DNA of 64,000 nt, taken from Candidatus Poribacteria bacterium (GTDB taxonomy: Bacteria; Poribacteria; WGA-4E; WGA-3G). The translations under genes and the position numbers were made by a program. This document shows, one piece after another, positions 30,022-39,682 of this stretch (its first letter is position 1; the number at the start of each line of letters is the position of its first letter). The notes under the pieces are model-generated. The model was not told the origin of the DNA. It searched no databases and worked only from the letters and a program-made list of their open reading frames with translations. The stretch is from NCBI GenBank assembly GCA_965205025.1, contig CBDBFU010000028.1:32001-96000 (forward strand). Direction: 5' to 3'.

Positions 30022-31215
30022 TTGGAAATAACTGATGTCAAGACTATTCTGACTGCCCCAGATGGCATTCGACTCGTCGTTGTGAAGATAGAAACAAGTG
30101 AAGCCGGTTTATACGGTGTGGGGTGTGCAACATTTACACAACGACCCCTTGCCGTGGCAACCGCTGTTGATGAATACTTAAAACCTTTTCTTATTGGAAA
30201 AGATCCAACCAACATTGAGGACATATTCCAGACAAGTTTCGTGAGTTCTTACTGGAGAAATGGACCTGTATTAAACAATGCTCTCAGTGGTGTAGATATC
30301 GCATTGTGGGATATTATGGGAAAAAGAGCAGGAATGCCAGTCTACCAACTCCTTGGGGGTAAATGCCGAGAAGCGGCTACACTTTATGGACACGCTGGTG
30401 GTGGAACTTTTGAAGAGGTAGAAAATAGTGTGCGTCGGTATATGGAACAAGGGTATAGATATGTACGCGCACAGGTTGCTATCCCAGGATATACCACTTA
30501 TGGTGCAGGTGGTGGCAAGCGGAGTTCTCCAGCATTTGAACCTACTCCGTATGTCAACACTGTCATAAAACTATTCGATCATTTACGAAACACGTTAGGG
30601 GATGAAGTGGAACTGCTTCACGATGTCCATGAACGGATACCGCCAATTCAGGCAATCAATCTGGCAAAAGGTTTGGAACCGTATAATCTCTTTTTTCTTG
30701 AAGACCCTTTTGCTCCAGAAGATGTTGATTATTTCCAACTGATGCGCCAACAAACCAGTATCCCAATTGCAATGGGAGAACTTTTTAACAACCCAAATGA
30801 ATATACCCATCTTATTAAGGATAGACTGATTGATTTCATTCGTGTACATATTTCACAGATTGGTGGTATTAGTCCTGCGCGGAAACTTGCAGCCTTTTGT
30901 GAATTTTTTGGTGTCCGTACTGCATGGCACGGTCCGGGAGATGTCTCTCCGGTTGGTCATGCTGCGAATGTTGCATTAGATTTAGCATGTTATAATTTCG
31001 GTATTCAGGAACAGCATGTTTTCGGTGAAAATACAAAAGAGGTATTCCCCGGTTGTCCTGAAATACGCGATGGATGTTTTTGGGCAAATGAAGAACCAGG
31101 GCTCGGTATTGATGTAAACGAGGAATTGGCAGAACGATTCCCATTTCCTGAACACCCTCTCAATGGTAGTTGGGCACCAGTCCGTAGAATGGATGGAACA
31201 GTCATTCGTCCATAA
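30022..31215 (+). CDS. Enolase superfamily RspA/ManD-like sugar acid dehydratase
   Basis: YWRNGPV, LLHDVHER, FLEDP, MGELF, WHGPGD. Confidence 0.88.
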   Translation: MEITDVKTILTAPDGIRLVVVKIETSEAGLYGVGCATFTQRPLAVATAVDEYLKPFLIGKDPTNIEDIFQTSFVSSYWRNGPVLNNALSGVDIALWDIMGKRAGMPVYQLLGGKCREAATLYGHAGGGTFEEVENSVRRYMEQGYRYVRAQVAIPGYTTYGAGGGKRSSPAFEPTPYVNTVIKLFDHLRNTLGDEVELLHDVHERIPPIQAINLAKGLEPYNLFFLEDPFAPEDVDYFQLMRQQTSIPIAMGELFNNPNEYTHLIKDRLIDFIRVHISQIGGISPARKLAAFCEFFGVRTAWHGPGDVSPVGHAANVALDLACYNFGIQEQHVFGENTKEVFPGCPEIRDGCFWANEEPGLGIDVNEELAERFPFPEHPLNGSWAPVRRMDGTVIRP

Positions 31216-31324
31216 ATAAATGTGTCTGACTACAGAATGGTTATGAATATCCCTGAAACTGATTGACGCTTATATAATGATGTGGTAGGATGGAACAAAA
31301 CATGAACATACTTCGGTTGTTAAA

Positions 31325-32887
31325 TTGACCTTTGTAAAACACTACCGTTATTGGCTTTCTGCCTGTTCGGGTATATTGCTATTTTGTAGTTTTCCTAATA
31401 TTAATTTCTATCCAATTGCATGGATTGCTTTAGTACCCTTATTAGTAGTCCTAAACAAAGTAGATAATTGGAAATCTGCATTTATATTTGGATATATTTC
31501 AGGACTTCTTTTCTTCGCAGGTTTATTATTTGCCATTGTCCTCTTGTATCCGTATGCAAATATCTTTGTAACCCTTCTTGGATATGTTCTTTTAGTTGCG
31601 TACACTGCAGTCTATTTTGGAATTTTTTCGGTAATAATTCATCATTTGCGGTGGAAGTCAGGAATTCTATACCCATTAGCAGCTGCCACAATATGGGTGT
31701 CATTAGAATGGGTTCGAGGTTGGTTGTTGACAGGATTTCCTTGGGGTTATTTAGGGTATACACAATGGAACAATCCTTCAGGCATTCAAATTGCTTCTAC
31801 AACAGGGGTATACGGTGTTAGTTTCCTCATCATATTTCTCAATGCGGGGATAGCATCAATTATCGTTCATCGAAATGAATGGAGAAAAGAGTTAACGACG
31901 GTAGGTATTCCCATTTTATTGACTATAGTATGTATTGGTTACGGTGTATTTGTTCTTAATAGAAATAAGCCTACTCCTAAGACTGATGTTAAAGTTGCGT
32001 TGATACCCGGCAATATAGATCAAATTGATAAATGGAATTCACAGAAATTCCCTGAGATTTTCAGAAAATATATTCGATTAACCCGTAATGCAGCAAATGA
32101 GAAACCTGATTTAATTGTCTGGCCAGAGACAGCCATTAGAGGAGAAATATTAACAGGGGAATGGACTGACTCCCATAAACTTTTTTCACAGATGATGAAT
32201 TCTAATGGTGATATACCAATGCTAATTGGTGCAACAGATCCAGATGCATTTGGGGATATATATAATCGTGTCATATCTATAGCTTCAGATGGTGAAATAC
32301 TGGGTAAGTATGCAAAAATGCATCTTGTTCCGTTTGGGGAATATGTTCCTCTAAGTGATTTTTTGCCCAACTTCGTTCAATTCTTACCCTTTCAACATGG
32401 AAGATCTGTTGAGATATTATCAATTACAAAATCTGGAGAAAATAAGGATATAAAGGATTCAGTAAAAGTTGGTACATCCATCTGTTTCGAATCCGCTTTT
32501 CCTAATCATTTTCGTAAATTTGTGAAAAAAGGTGCGAATGTGATGGGGATTCTTACAAACGATGCGTGGTTCGTAGGGACAGCATTTCCAGAATTACATT
32601 TAGCAATGGCACCATTCCGTTCGGTAGAAAACAGAATTGACGTATTTAGGTGTGCGAATGGAGGTTACACATGTACAGTTGATAAATTCGGCAGAATTAA
32701 ATCCTCTTTTGTAACACCAGATAATGATAAAGAGTATGTAATAGCTGGTATTTCACTATTTGATGGTAGGCAGACAATTTATACCCGTTATGGAGATTGG
32801 TTTCCAATTCTATCAATATTCGTTACATTACTTATAATATCAGTTCAGATCAAACTTCACATAAACAATACACGTTTACAGAAATAA
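31325..32887 (+). CDS. lnt: Apolipoprotein N-acyltransferase
   Basis: GFPWG, VWPETA, KMHLVPFGEY, ICFES, TNDAWF. Confidence 0.92.
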   Translation: MTFVKHYRYWLSACSGILLFCSFPNINFYPIAWIALVPLLVVLNKVDNWKSAFIFGYISGLLFFAGLLFAIVLLYPYANIFVTLLGYVLLVAYTAVYFGIFSVIIHHLRWKSGILYPLAAATIWVSLEWVRGWLLTGFPWGYLGYTQWNNPSGIQIASTTGVYGVSFLIIFLNAGIASIIVHRNEWRKELTTVGIPILLTIVCIGYGVFVLNRNKPTPKTDVKVALIPGNIDQIDKWNSQKFPEIFRKYIRLTRNAANEKPDLIVWPETAIRGEILTGEWTDSHKLFSQMMNSNGDIPMLIGATDPDAFGDIYNRVISIASDGEILGKYAKMHLVPFGEYVPLSDFLPNFVQFLPFQHGRSVEILSITKSGENKDIKDSVKVGTSICFESAFPNHFRKFVKKGANVMGILTNDAWFVGTAFPELHLAMAPFRSVENRIDVFRCANGGYTCTVDKFGRIKSSFVTPDNDKEYVIAGISLFDGRQTIYTRYGDWFPILSIFVTLLIISVQIKLHINNTRLQK

Positions 32888-32904
32888 GAAAGGAATTACA
32901 TATT

Positions 32905-34009
32905 TTGGTTGAATTAAAAACACAAATAGATGCATATACAACTCGACTTCAAGAACTCAGGGGGTATCTTTGACCTTGAAGTAAAACAGAAAGAACTTGA
33001 AGATCTTGAGAAAGAGGCATTCAGTACTGAATTCTGGGAGAATACACAAAGAGTTCAAACAGTTAATCAACGGATCTCATCTCTAAAAGAGGAAATAAAC
33101 GAATTTGATAATTTAGCAAATGCAATAGACGATCTTCAAGTACTCTTTGAATTGGCTATTGAGGAGAATGAGACTGATCTCCAATCCGAAATTGAAACTG
33201 GGTTAGAATCAATTGGTCAACAATTTGAGAAAATTGAGCTCAAATTAATGTTGGATGATGAGTTTGATGAAAATAATGCAATCATCAATATTCATCCTGG
33301 GGCAGGGGGTGTGGACGCTCAAGATTGGGCTGGTATGTTGATGAGAATGCATCTTAGATGGTGTGATCAACACAATTACACGACTGAAGTTGTAGATATT
33401 ACAAGTGGAGATGAAGCAGGAATTAAAGGCGCAACCATCTTAGTTAAGGGAACTTATGCTTATGGGTATCTGAAAGCGGAATCTGGGGTACACCGTCTCG
33501 TTAGACTTTCTCCGTTCGATTATAATAACAAGCGGCATACATCGTTTGCTGCAGTCCATGTAACCCCAGAAATCGATGACAGTGTTGAGGTGGAAATTGC
33601 CAATGAAGACCTTAGAATTGATACATACAGAGCAAGTGGCGCAGGTGGTCAACATGTAAATGTAACGGATTCTGCTGTGCGAATTACACATATACCCACT
33701 GGAATTATAATCCAATGTCAAAATGAACGTTCACAACACAGGAACAGAGAGATTGCAATGAAAGTGTTACGTTCCCGTTTGTATGAACATTTACGAGCTC
33801 AAAGAGATGAAGAGATAGCGAAACTCCAACCCGAAAGAAGAAATATCGACTTTGGTAGTCAAATTAGATCTTATGTTCTACATCCGTACCAACGTGTAAA
33901 AGACAATAGAACTAATCTTGAAACCGGAAATGTTGATGCAGTGTTAAATGGTGATTTGGATATGTTTATTGAAGGTTATTTGAAAATGAAACCCACAGGA
34001 AGTAATTGA
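32905..34009 (+). CDS. prfB: Peptide chain release factor 2 with programmed +1 frameshift
   Basis: TTG start 32905; AGGGGG-TAT-CTT-TGA-C at 32959-32974; SPF and GGQ motifs in the +1 frame. Confidence 0.93.
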
Positions 34010-34032
34010 AACATCACATACTGGAGGAACAC

Positions 34033-35466
34033 ATGTATAAAATACAAGATTATATTTACATAACACTGTTCTTCTGTTTGTTCTTGGTAGATTATAACGC
34101 ATGTGCAGCTGTGATTAATGTTCCAAATGAAGAATTTACGATCCAATCAGGAATTGATGCTGCCGAAAATGGTGATACCGTTTTGGTTGCAAAGGGAGTT
34201 TATAAAGGTCCTGGAAATGTCAACATCGATTTTAAAGGCAAACAGATAATAGTAAAATCTGAGAGTGGACCAAAAACAACAATAATTACATGTTCATATC
34301 AATCCAATACACGCGGGTTTAGTTTTACGAACAAAGAGACAAATGACGCTGTGTTGGAAGGTTTTACAATTCGCAATGGAATCCATATAAATGGTGGTGG
34401 AATTTACATTTTTAATTCTTCTCCAACAATAAAGAATTGCATTGTTGAGTGGAATCGAACTGTGAGAGACGGTTCAAGGACAGGACAAGGTGGTGGCATT
34501 TACGCTAAGAATTCGGATGTTGTGTTAAGGGGATGTACTATTAGCAACAACCGTGCTGTCTCCTACGGTGGTGGTGTTTTCTTTGAAGGATCCGAAGAAG
34601 ATGATATTGAAAAAAGAGACGGATTCTATCAACCAAGTGTGATTGACTGTACTATATCACATAATACGGGTAGTGGTATTCATAGTATAGAGAGTGTACG
34701 CACTATTATCAAAGACTCAAAAGTTTCTCAGAATTCAAGACGGGGTATAGTAGCTGCAATTTTTCAAAGGGGTGGCACTTTCGTAACGAACTGTGTAATC
34801 TCTCAAAATACTGGTGGTGGTGTGGAATGTAACGAATTCTCTATTTTGAAGATCCAAGATTCTGTCATCAAACAAAATACTGGAGAGATCGGTGGGGGAA
34901 TCTACGGAAGTCCGTCAGCAGAAATTGAAGCTACGAACTGTGTTATCGCTCAGAATATAGCGCAGCGATGGGGTGGTGGTATTGGCATAACATCTAAATT
35001 CGGTGGTACGACCATAACCAATTGTACCATTACACGTAATGTGTCAGAAGAAAAAGGTGGTGGCGTTTACGCTTCATTATTTGGTGCTGGTTTAACAATG
35101 TTAAACTCTATAGTTTGGGGAAATAGTTCTAACCGTACTCATAATGAAATCTTTGGCAGTGGACCAACAATCACCATTAGAAATTCTGATATCAAGGATG
35201 GAATCAAAGGCTTTGTAATACCACCATTTGATGAATGGCTAATCTATGAGGATAATATCGAAGCTGATCCGCTTTTCGTAAATCCTGATAGTGGGGATTA
35301 TAGTCTTGAACCAAACAGTCCAGCCATAGGAATGGGGCATACGGCGGAATTAAAGATAGATGTCGAAGAAGATGAACAAGAACAAGAAGAAGAAAAGGCT
35401 CCAGTTAATGTAACTTCAGCTGGAAAGCTTGTTGTAAAATGGGGTGTTTTGAAACAAGAAGATTAG
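34033..35466 (+). CDS. Secreted right-handed parallel beta-helix protein (paralog 1)
   Basis: TIQSGIDAA..GDTVLV..G.YKG, repeated GGGIY...I.NC.I..N, ADPLFV, C-terminal GKLVVKWGVLK. Confidence 0.85.
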   Translation: MYKIQDYIYITLFFCLFLVDYNACAAVINVPNEEFTIQSGIDAAENGDTVLVAKGVYKGPGNVNIDFKGKQIIVKSESGPKTTIITCSYQSNTRGFSFTNKETNDAVLEGFTIRNGIHINGGGIYIFNSSPTIKNCIVEWNRTVRDGSRTGQGGGIYAKNSDVVLRGCTISNNRAVSYGGGVFFEGSEEDDIEKRDGFYQPSVIDCTISHNTGSGIHSIESVRTIIKDSKVSQNSRRGIVAAIFQRGGTFVTNCVISQNTGGGVECNEFSILKIQDSVIKQNTGEIGGGIYGSPSAEIEATNCVIAQNIAQRWGGGIGITSKFGGTTITNCTITRNVSEEKGGGVYASLFGAGLTMLNSIVWGNSSNRTHNEIFGSGPTITIRNSDIKDGIKGFVIPPFDEWLIYEDNIEADPLFVNPDSGDYSLEPNSPAIGMGHTAELKIDVEEDEQEQEEEKAPVNVTSAGKLVVKWGVLKQED

Positions 35467-35486
35467 CTCTAAAGTTGGAGAAATAC

Positions 35487-36884
35487 ATGAAGAGATATTG
35501 CCAGCAAGTTTATTTAATTATCATTCTATGTTTCTTTTGTATGGATACCTCAATTTTTGCTGCTGTGATACAAATTCCTGATGATCTTCCTACAATACAA
35601 TCTGGCATTGATGCTGCAAAAAATGGTGATACGGTCTTGATCGCAGATGGAATCTATAAAGGTGATGGTAATGTTAACTTAGATTATAAAGGGAAACAGA
35701 TAATAGTAAAATCTGAGAGTGGACCAAAAACAACAATTATCAACTGTTCACATCAACCCAACACCCGGGGGTTTACTTTTACAAACAAAGAGACAAATGA
35801 CGCTGTGTTGGAAGGTTTTACAATTCGTAATGGAATCCATATAAATGGTGGTGGAATTTATATTTTTAATTCTTCACCAACAATAAAGAATTGCATTATT
35901 GAGTGGAATCGTGCAGTGAAAGAGAGTACTGTGACAGGACGAGGTGGTGGGATTTATGCGAAAAATTCGGAAGTAGATATTATTGGTTGTACAATTAGCA
36001 ACAATCAAGCCGAACATACCTATGGTGGTGGTATTTGCTTTGAAGGTGACAAAGAAGATCCTGACTTTTTTCTTGTAAGATTCTATCAACCGAGTATAAG
36101 TAATTCTATCATTGATCAGAATACTGGTAGCGGTATCCACAATATAGGGTATATACAGACACACATCAAGAAATCAATAATCTCTCGAAATACGCTACGC
36201 GGTATAGTAGCTACAGATTTTCAACGAGGCGGTACCTACATTACGAACTGTGTAATCTCTCAAAATACTGGTGGTGGTGTGGAATGTAACCAACACTCAA
36301 TAATGGAGATTAAAGATTCTGTCATCAAACAAAATACTGGAAAGATCGGTGGGGGAATCTACGGAAATACGGCAGCATCAATTGAGGCTACGAACTGTGT
36401 TATCGCTCAAAATATAGCACAGCAATCAGGTGGTGGTATAGGTATAGAATCTAAATGGGGTGGTACGACCATAACCAATTGTACCATTACACGTAATGTG
36501 TCAGAAGAACAGGGAGGCGGTGTATATGCTTTTTCATTTGGTGCAGGTTTAACTATGTTAAACTCTATAGTATGGGCAAATAGTTCTAATGGTACTCATA
36601 ATAATCTATTTGGAAGTGGACCAAGTATTGTTATAAAAAATTCAGATATCAAGGATGGAATTCAAGGTATTGAAATTCCACCATTTGATGAATGGTTAAT
36701 CTATGAAGATAATATTGATTCAGACCCACTGTTTGTTGATCCTGATAACGGGGATTATAGGTTAATGCAAGGGAGTCCAGCTGTAGGAATGGGGGCTAAT
36801 ACATTATCTCAAATTCCAACGAGTGTCAGGTCTGTTGGTAAGAAATGGTTGAAATGGGGAGAACTCAAACTGAATACACGTTAG
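35487..36884 (+). CDS. Secreted right-handed parallel beta-helix protein (paralog 2)
   Basis: Tandem paralog of 34033..35466; C-terminal GKKWLKWGELK. Confidence 0.85.
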   Translation: MKRYCQQVYLIIILCFFCMDTSIFAAVIQIPDDLPTIQSGIDAAKNGDTVLIADGIYKGDGNVNLDYKGKQIIVKSESGPKTTIINCSHQPNTRGFTFTNKETNDAVLEGFTIRNGIHINGGGIYIFNSSPTIKNCIIEWNRAVKESTVTGRGGGIYAKNSEVDIIGCTISNNQAEHTYGGGICFEGDKEDPDFFLVRFYQPSISNSIIDQNTGSGIHNIGYIQTHIKKSIISRNTLRGIVATDFQRGGTYITNCVISQNTGGGVECNQHSIMEIKDSVIKQNTGKIGGGIYGNTAASIEATNCVIAQNIAQQSGGGIGIESKWGGTTITNCTITRNVSEEQGGGVYAFSFGAGLTMLNSIVWANSSNGTHNNLFGSGPSIVIKNSDIKDGIQGIEIPPFDEWLIYEDNIDSDPLFVDPDNGDYRLMQGSPAVGMGANTLSQIPTSVRSVGKKWLKWGELKLNTR

Positions 36885-36990
36885 AATGAAATGGGTCAAA
36901 CATTCTCATATAATTTACTGAATCAGATAGCAAGACTATTCTGATGAAATCTCCCAATTCGGCTCGCTTATCCGACGACAAGGAGGCATC

Positions 36991-37278
36991 ATGAAAAACG
37001 CTGAACTTAAACAACAAGCGATTGCTTATATTGAACAACTTTCGACTGAAAAACTTGAGACCGCCCTTAACTACCTCGCTGCTCTTCGGAATTCTGATCT
37101 TTGGGTAGCCGAGACGGAGTCGGAAGAACGAAAAAGTTCGGATCAGGTGTCTCCACTCCTTGCATTGGCGGGAACGTTGGAATGTGACGAGGAGAACATC
37201 AGTGATCGCCACGATGAGTTGATCGGTGATGGGTTACTAACAGAGCTATGGGGGCGTGCGGATACCTATAGTGGGTAG
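36991..37278 (+). CDS. DUF2281-like small antitoxin-type protein
   Basis: IEQLSTEKLETALNYLAAL..., PLLALAG....ISDRHDE; AGGAGG RBS. Confidence 0.6.
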   Translation: MKNAELKQQAIAYIEQLSTEKLETALNYLAALRNSDLWVAETESEERKSSDQVSPLLALAGTLECDEENISDRHDELIGDGLLTELWGRADTYSG

Positions 37279-37307
37279 TCCACGTTAATTTTGTGAGTAG
37301 TTTCTTC

Positions 37308-37366
37308 TGTAGGAGCGACCTCCTGGTCGCGACATGATTTTTCGTAGCGCAAACTGTTAGTTTGCG
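37308..37366. repeat. Two GTAG-type REP units
   Basis: TGTAGGAGCGACCTCCTGGTCGCGAC and GTAG-CGCAAACT-GTT-AGTTTGCG. Confidence 0.65.
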
Positions 37367-37519
37367 TCCTCACAGGCACAATCTAAGCAATATTAAATAA
37401 TTAATTAGCAATTTTCCGATTTTTACCACAGACACTGAACCCGTAATTGACGCACAATATACATATCTAATATGTGAAATCCGTGTAATCCACAATTCAG
37501 ACAAAGTGGTAATGGAATT

Positions 37520-38848
37520 ATGAAACGTTATCCTGAATATAAAGACAGCGGTGTGGATTGGATTGGTGAGATACCAAAGGATTGGAATGCAGTTCCATTG
37601 ACAAAGTATTTGGAGTCTATCATTGACTACAGAGGTAGAACGCCGGAAAAGACAGAGAATGGAAGGTTTCTTGTTACCGCCAAAAACATAAGAGATGGTC
37701 AAATTGATTATGAACTTTCTCAGGAATTTACATCAGAAGATGAATATCAAAGATTAATGACCAGGGGTGTGCCACAAATAGGTGATGTGCTTTTCACAAC
37801 AGAAGCACCGTTGGGTGAGGTGGCAAATGTAGATGATGTCTCAATTGCTCTGGCACAGCGGATTATTAAGTTTAGACCTAAGACAGATTTACTTAATCCG
37901 TATTTTCTGAAGTATTGGATACTCTCCTATTGTTTCCAATCTGACCTACAGCGATATGCAACGGGTTCAACAGCACGAGGCATAAAAGCGAGTAAACTCT
38001 GTTTATTAAAACTCAATCTACCCCCTCTTAAAGAACAAACCAAAATCGCCAACTTCCTTGACCGAAAAACAGAACAAATCGACAAACTCATCCGCATCAA
38101 AGAACGAAAAATAGAACTCCTACAAGAACAACGCACTGCACTGATAAATCACGCAGTGACAAAAGGACTTGACCCAAATGTGGAGATGAAACCATCGGGT
38201 GTGGAGTGGATTGGGGAAATTCCAAAGCATTGGGTAGTTAAACGACTAAAATATTTAGCAAGATTAATATCAAAAGGGACAACTCCCACAACACTTGGGA
38301 GAGAAATTATGGATGAAGGTGAAATTCGTTTTATTAAAGGTGAAAACTTAGTTGATAGTCAAATCGAACTCGAACCTGCATACTTTATTGATGAAGAAAC
38401 AAACCAATTGCTAAATAGATCTAAATTAGAGGAAAATGACCTTCTTTTTGTTATTGCGGGAACAATAGGAAAAGTTGGAATAGTTCGATCAATTCATTTA
38501 CCTGCAAATACTAATCAAGCTTTATCATTTATAAGACTTAACGAGGATGAACTACCCGAATTTGTTTTTTATTGGCTGCAATCGGATAAAATTCAAAATA
38601 TGGTTTGGTTAGATGTAGTAAAATCAGCACAACCTAACTTATCTATGGAGAACTTAGGTAACCTGTATATACCATATCCATGTCTTACTGAACAAAGACA
38701 GATTATTCGATACATTAAGGAGAAATCAGAAACCATAGTTAATCACATTAAACAGTCTTATGAACAGATTAAACTCCTAAAAGAATACCGACAATCCCTT
38801 ATCACCGAAGCAGTGACAGGTAAAATTGATGTCCGAAACGAGGTTTAG
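37520..38848 (+). CDS. hsdS: Orphan type I RM specificity subunit (copy 2)
   Basis: Same conserved N-terminal, central and C-terminal blocks as 10918..12213, with unrelated TRDs. Confidence 0.93.
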   Translation: MKRYPEYKDSGVDWIGEIPKDWNAVPLTKYLESIIDYRGRTPEKTENGRFLVTAKNIRDGQIDYELSQEFTSEDEYQRLMTRGVPQIGDVLFTTEAPLGEVANVDDVSIALAQRIIKFRPKTDLLNPYFLKYWILSYCFQSDLQRYATGSTARGIKASKLCLLKLNLPPLKEQTKIANFLDRKTEQIDKLIRIKERKIELLQEQRTALINHAVTKGLDPNVEMKPSGVEWIGEIPKHWVVKRLKYLARLISKGTTPTTLGREIMDEGEIRFIKGENLVDSQIELEPAYFIDEETNQLLNRSKLEENDLLFVIAGTIGKVGIVRSIHLPANTNQALSFIRLNEDELPEFVFYWLQSDKIQNMVWLDVVKSAQPNLSMENLGNLYIPYPCLTEQRQIIRYIKEKSETIVNHIKQSYEQIKLLKEYRQSLITEAVTGKIDVRNEV

Positions 38849-38931
38849 ATCCTATCTTGTTATTTTTTTGATTCGGCGTACAATATAGGGGTATAAAGTT
38901 TATGGCAGTAACAAGCATAAAATGAAATGGG

Positions 38932-39539
38932 TCAAACATTATTAAATAAAAAATGAAGAAAAAATCCATATCTAACAACTAACATACATATATCACAAAA
39001 ATAGAAGCACACTTTAAGAATATCTGTCAAAATGAAAATAAAATTAAGGGTTAGAACACAAACTAAAAACCAATAACTATAAACTAATGACTATCTATAA
39101 AAGCGATCCTAATTACGAACTTTTATATACGTTAAAAAACACGCATCTTTTGACGGTTAGAAATGTCAAAATCAGGAAGGACAACAAAAACACAAAAGCA
39201 CATTTTTTTGAAATTCTTATAAATCAAGTCCAAACTGCTATAACCCCATTCTATGACAGGGGTTATAGGGGTAATTTACACCAATTTCAATGTCACACCA
39301 TGTGACAAAAAGTGTAACTTTTTTCATTTTTTCGACGCATAGAGAAATGCAACAGTAATACGATCTACTGTCTGAGTATTTAGGATTAAATGTCTGTTTT
39401 TATAGTTTATTTTTGTATGTATATTAGGATTAAATGTCTGTTTTTATACCTTTTTAACAATCAGAAATATCAGTTATTGAAGAGTATTCTCAAGACCAAG
39501 TTACAATCTACCGATCTAATTCGGGAAATTTGTGTAATC
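38932..39539 (+). repeat. ~570-bp conserved intergenic element, copy 2, plus 39-bp hsdS-leader-like segment
   Basis: Collinear with revcomp of 12702-13272; 39501-39539 matches revcomp of ~12252-12290; 25-bp direct repeat at 39380 and 39424. Confidence 0.85.
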
Positions 39540-39607
39540 TTTCTATTCCAAACACAAGATAGGGATTTCAAGCCAAAAACTTTACTTATCTATAAATTGG
39601 TTTCATG

Positions 39608-39636
39608 TTGCATAGATTAGGAAATAAGGGTATAAT
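39608..39636 (+). promoter_or_regulatory. Sigma70-like promoter of lysS
   Basis: TTGCAT-17 bp-TATAAT. Confidence 0.55.
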
Positions 39637-39682
39637 TAAAAGGTCTATAATATGTATGTAAGAGGGGAAGGAGGGTAGATAT

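Larger units (their letters stand above)
36885..38940. mobile_element. Putative integrated hsdS cassette bounded by exact 20-bp direct repeats
   Basis: AATGAAATGGGTCAAACATT at 36885-36904 and 38921-38940. Confidence 0.6.

Noticed and set aside
34033-36884. Diversity-generating retroelement template/variable repeat pair
   Set aside because: Differences between the paralogs are not adenine-specific and there is no reverse transcriptase.
39313-39336. ECF-sigma promoter TGTAAC...CGAC in the element
   Set aside because: The spacer is 14 bp rather than 16-17, and the -10-like part is not conserved in copy 3.
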